In this document: positions 35,832 through 39,275 of the stretch, in pieces
Numbering within the stretch: the stretch's first letter is position 1
How the letters are laid out: each line of letters begins with the position of its first letter
DNA from: Octopus bimaculoides
Taxonomy: Eukaryota
Direction: 5' to 3'
Length of the DNA stretch: 39,275 nt
NCBI RefSeq assembly: GCF_001194135.2
Contig: NC_068990.1
Location: 93,667,524-93,706,798, forward strand
Program-made: the position numbers and the translations under genes
The notes under the pieces: generated by a model
Database searches by the model: none
The model's input: the letters and a program-made list of their open reading frames with translations, nothing else
What the model was told of the DNA's origin: nothing

Positions 35832-36023
35832 TCTATTATAGGCACAAGGCCTGAGATTTGGGGGGGGGGACTAGACAATCACATCAACCCCAGTGTATAA
35901 CTGGTACTTATTTTCTTGACTCTGAAAGGATGAAAGGCAAAGTTGACTCAGAACATAAAGATGGACAAAATGCCACTAAGAATTTTTCCTGGAATTCTAA
36001 CAATTCTGCCAGCTCACCATCTT
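35832..36023 (-). mobile_element. CORE-type SINE with 17-bp target site duplication
   Basis: atttatagaactaataa at both 35815-35831 and 36024-36040. Body: cacaaggcc...atcaaccccagtg..actggtacttattt..gaaaggatgaaaggcaaagttgac...ttctgccagctc. Confidence 0.88.
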
Positions 36024-37172
36024 ATTTATAGAACTAATAACGAAGTGCCACAAATACAAAATGAACCTGTAAAACTTGCTTTGTATAAATGTATGTCTTG
36101 CTTCACCATGGGCCTCAACTCTTTGATGGAATCATAGGGACACCATTGTGATATATGGCATGTCTGGAGCAGATGGAGTCCATCACTCTCCAGGTGTGAC
36201 CACAGCTGAATTCTTTTATGAAAAGAGAGAGAGACAGAAAGAAAGAGTGGGAGAAAGACAAGAGCCAACTGCAGCGTAGGAATGGTGTTTTATTCATCAA
36301 CCCCAAGGAACGAAAAGCAACGCTTGGGATTTGAAGTGGGATTTGAAGTGAGCATATATAGATCTGAAATGATTACCACAAGGCAATGCATTAGATGCAT
36401 ATATGACTCGGCCACTTGACTGCCTATAAAACAATGAATGATCTTCATGTCAGATAGAACCTACTCTAAGATTGTTGGAGAAACAAAACAGACAACCATA
36501 AATCAGACACAAACAAATATTAACAAATTCAACCAATTTTATTGTATGCCAAAAACGAAAAGGGAAACTGAAATCTGTTTTTCCAATAATTGTGGTACAT
36601 AAATTATTGATTTCTATGAAGTATTTATTGAAACCATTTTAGTTGAACCCATTCTTATTTTTTGGGCAAAAGACCAAGAATTAATTGTTTTTCTGAAATA
36701 CATTTAACAGAACAAACACATGATATGCTAAAAAGTGCTTCTTAAGTATACAACATCATCCTTTTGAAGTTGTTCTCTTTTTGTTTCTTACAACATTAAT
36801 GCACATGTACATACAGATATACGTGCATGCGTATGTATGTATGTATGTATGTATGTATGTATGTATGTATGAATGTATGCATGTATGTACACACACACAC
36901 ACACACAGCAGCAGCAGCAACATTTCACATCTGTTTTCGGGGCTAATGCAGTTTTNNNNNNNNNNNNNNNNNNNNNNNNNNNNNNNNNNNNNNNNNNNNN
37001 NNNNNNNNNNNNNNNNNNNNNNNNNNNNNNNNNNNNNNNNNNNNNNNNNNNNNNNNNNNNNNNNNNNNNNNNNNNNNNNNNNNNNNNNNNNNNNNNNNNN
37101 NNNNNNNNNNNNNNNNNNNNNNNNNNNNNNNNNNNNNNNNNNNNNGTTTTACATGTTGGAGATTACAAATAT

Positions 37173-37254
37173 ATCTTGTTTGTTGTTAACACAACGTTTC
37201 AGCTGATATCAGGTGTCTTGGGGAAATTTCGAACCTACGTTCTCATTCCTAAGG
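37173..37254 (-). mobile_element. Inverted, truncated copy of the 3' part of the adjacent hammerhead SINE
   Basis: Reverse complement of about 37398-37495, with a deletion removing part of the hammerhead core and stem II. It abuts the SINE head at a shared gg. Confidence 0.88.
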
Positions 37255-37322
37255 CACATGGCATAGTGGTTAAGAGCGCGGGCTATTAACCCCAAGATTC
37301 CAAGTTCAATTCCAGGCAGTGA

Positions 37323-37387
<65 letters not shown>

Positions 37388-37540
37388 TCGAAAAATACCT
37401 TAGGAATGAGAACCCAGGTTCGAAATTTCCCCAAGACACCTGATGAAGGCTGGAGGGTATATCAGCCGAAACGTTGTGTGAACAACAAACAAGATGAGGA
37501 CAAATATCCGTCGAATGTAAATAATGTAAATAATGTACAG
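37253..37540 (+). mobile_element. tRNA-headed SINE-like element with internal (AAT)n and a 3' hammerhead ribozyme
   Basis: A-box tggcatagtgg and B-box aagttcaattcc, about 20 (AAT) units, a 3' domain with a hammerhead, and a short tandem tail (gtaaataat)x2. Confidence 0.85.
37435..37479 (+). ncRNA. Minimal type-I hammerhead ribozyme motif
   Basis: GACAC-CUGAUGA-A-GGCUG(GAGGGUAUAU)CAGCC-GAAAC-GUU/GUGU. Stem I is ACAC/GUGU, stem II is a perfect 5 bp, stem III is the palindrome AACGUU and the triplet is GUU. Confidence 0.75.
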
Positions 37541-38680
37541 TATATTTTCCTGAAATACATACAGTACATACTATGTGAAACCTAATTTACCATCATCTTA
37601 ATCCAACATTGCATTACGCTTGCAGTCAAGACACATTACTTCCTTTAATCTATTGATCAGAGACAGGAAAAAAAAAATAACCACCATAGATATCACCTGT
37701 ATTATATGGTTAAGTGATTAGTGTTGATAAAGCTGCTAATCTTCAGTGAAAACACTTTATCCAATACTTGTAAATTTTCAGAGCCAACCTAGACGAGGGT
37801 AAATATGAAAATGCGCGGGAAAAGTCTATTTACGAAGCAACAAATACAAAACTCCATGACTAAAGACAAGCTACTGAACACTGACTGGGTTTGTTACATC
37901 AGCAGCCTTCGTCCTTACAATAAGAACCAAATCGTAATCCCCAGTCCTCCTCATGAGAAGGATAAATGTTAATTCGGTAATGGCTAAATTACACTTTAAT
38001 CTCATCGACTAATCCTAGCCTGCTGTCTCATACCATAACTTCCTTAATCCACTAATCTTATGAAGTGTGATTTAGCTTTCAACAAATTTCACAACATTAC
38101 TTTGAAAAAGCTGCTTTCAACTTAGTGTTAAGAATAAAAACAGTGGGTATTTGTTTTCACTGAGGTAGCTAAACCGATTGCTAATACTTACAACCCTGCT
38201 GTTCTTGACAATCACACTTAACAAAAGTTGTAGGGAAGGTTGTTGCTTTTATAGTCAAAAGATAACTTTACATCTCTGGCGAACATTCTTTTTAAAGTTA
38301 TAAAGCTTTACAGATTACATCATAAAATATACACCAATACATATGGCATGCACACAAGTATATAGGTTATATACATCGAACCCTCAGTCATACATTCCAA
38401 CCTGTGTTATCCTTACTAACACAGCAATTATATACACCAACAAATGTGTTATATTCAACAATACACGTTAGACACAGTAAGATACGCATTATAAATGCCA
38501 ACACAGTTAGTTATACACCACAATGCATCTGTTATGCACACCTATACACAACATGTTGCTGTTATCTTCTGATACACTCAAAGTTCTTCAATATTGCAAT
38601 AATATTATATTCTTTCCCCGGTCCCTGCTAACATTTTGGAATTGCATACCATATGCACTATATTGCAAAAACCTAAATAT

Positions 38681-38842
38681 GCAGGAGTGGCTGTGTGGTA
38701 AGTAGCTTGCTTACTGACCACATGGTTCCAGGTTCAGTCCCACTGCGTGGCACCTTGGGCAAGTGTCTTCTGCTATAGCCTCTGGCCGACCAAAGCCTTG
38801 TCAGTGGATTAGGTAGATGGAAACTGAAAGAAACTTGTCATA
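38681..38842 (+). mobile_element. SINE family A, 5' half
   Basis: gcaggagtggctgtgtggtaag...ccaggttcagtcccactgcgtggcaccttgggc...gaaactgaaag followed by (TA)n. Confidence 0.9.
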
Positions 38843-38904
38843 TATATGTATATATATATATAAAATTATAATACAGGGTATCTAAGAGATACATATATAT
38901 ATAT

Positions 38905-39275
38905 AGATTGCTTAATAAAGAGAATGAATGGGAGAAAGAGAGCCTGCCTTATGTCGACCCAATAGAGGGACCAGCTATCCGAGTTGATAGTACCAGGGTA
39001 GATAAAGCAATTAAGAGTATGAAGACCGGGAAAGCCCCCGGCCCATCAGGAATCACTGCAGAGATGCTCAAAATATCTGGCAGTGTTGGCTATAGCCTAG
39101 TCACCCGTATTACGAACCAGGTGATACACGAAGGAGTCATACCCTATGACTGGTGTAGCAGCATCATAGTCAACTGCTACAAAGGTAAAGGGGACGCTTT
39201 AGATACAAATAATTACAGAGGCATCAAGCTGTTAGATCAGGTTATGAAAGTTACAGAGAGGGTCATAGCCCAACT
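38905..39275 (+). mobile_element. RTE-clade LINE ORF fragment (RT N-terminal region), 5'-truncated, open to the window end
   Basis: Stop-free frame: RLLNKENEW...VDKAIKSMKTGKAPGPSGITAEMLK...IPYDWCSSIIVNCYKGKGDALDTNNYRGIKLLDQVMKVTERVIAQ, with typical RTE RT motifs. Missed by the ORF track. Confidence 0.92.

Noticed and set aside
37253-37325. tRNA-like sequence, also the heads at 12116, 38681 and 19125
   Set aside because: These are SINE heads with A and B boxes but no complete cloverleaf, and they continue into SINE bodies; not tRNA genes.

Overview
Eukaryotic, AT-rich genomic DNA dense in microsatellites and transposons, with six N-gaps. The SINE and repeat content looks like an Octopus (coleoid cephalopod) genome; this is an inference from pattern recall, not a database search. 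Only one protein-coding gene is well supported: a methyl-end (omega-x, Delta12/omega-3) fatty acid desaturase on the minus strand, whose whole CDS (16937-18043, 368 aa) lies in one exon, just behind a 5'-UTR splice acceptor. The rest is mostly decayed mobile DNA: DD34D mariners, a DD37D maT element, a Tigger/pogo element, RTE and R4/Dong-like LINE fragments, several tRNA-derived SINE families, MITEs and fold-back palindromes. The most unusual observation is two minimal type-I hammerhead ribozyme motifs with palindromic stem III. One (37435-37479, +) lies inside a tRNA-headed SINE with an inverted 3' copy fused to its 5' end. The other (31701-31748, -) lies in a Penelope-like remnant with nested inversions. 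Together they suggest Penelope-mobilised, ribozyme-bearing non-autonomous retroelements. A few isolated candidate exons cannot be assigned to a gene without RNA data. Nearly all other ORF-track entries are microsatellite or gap artefacts.
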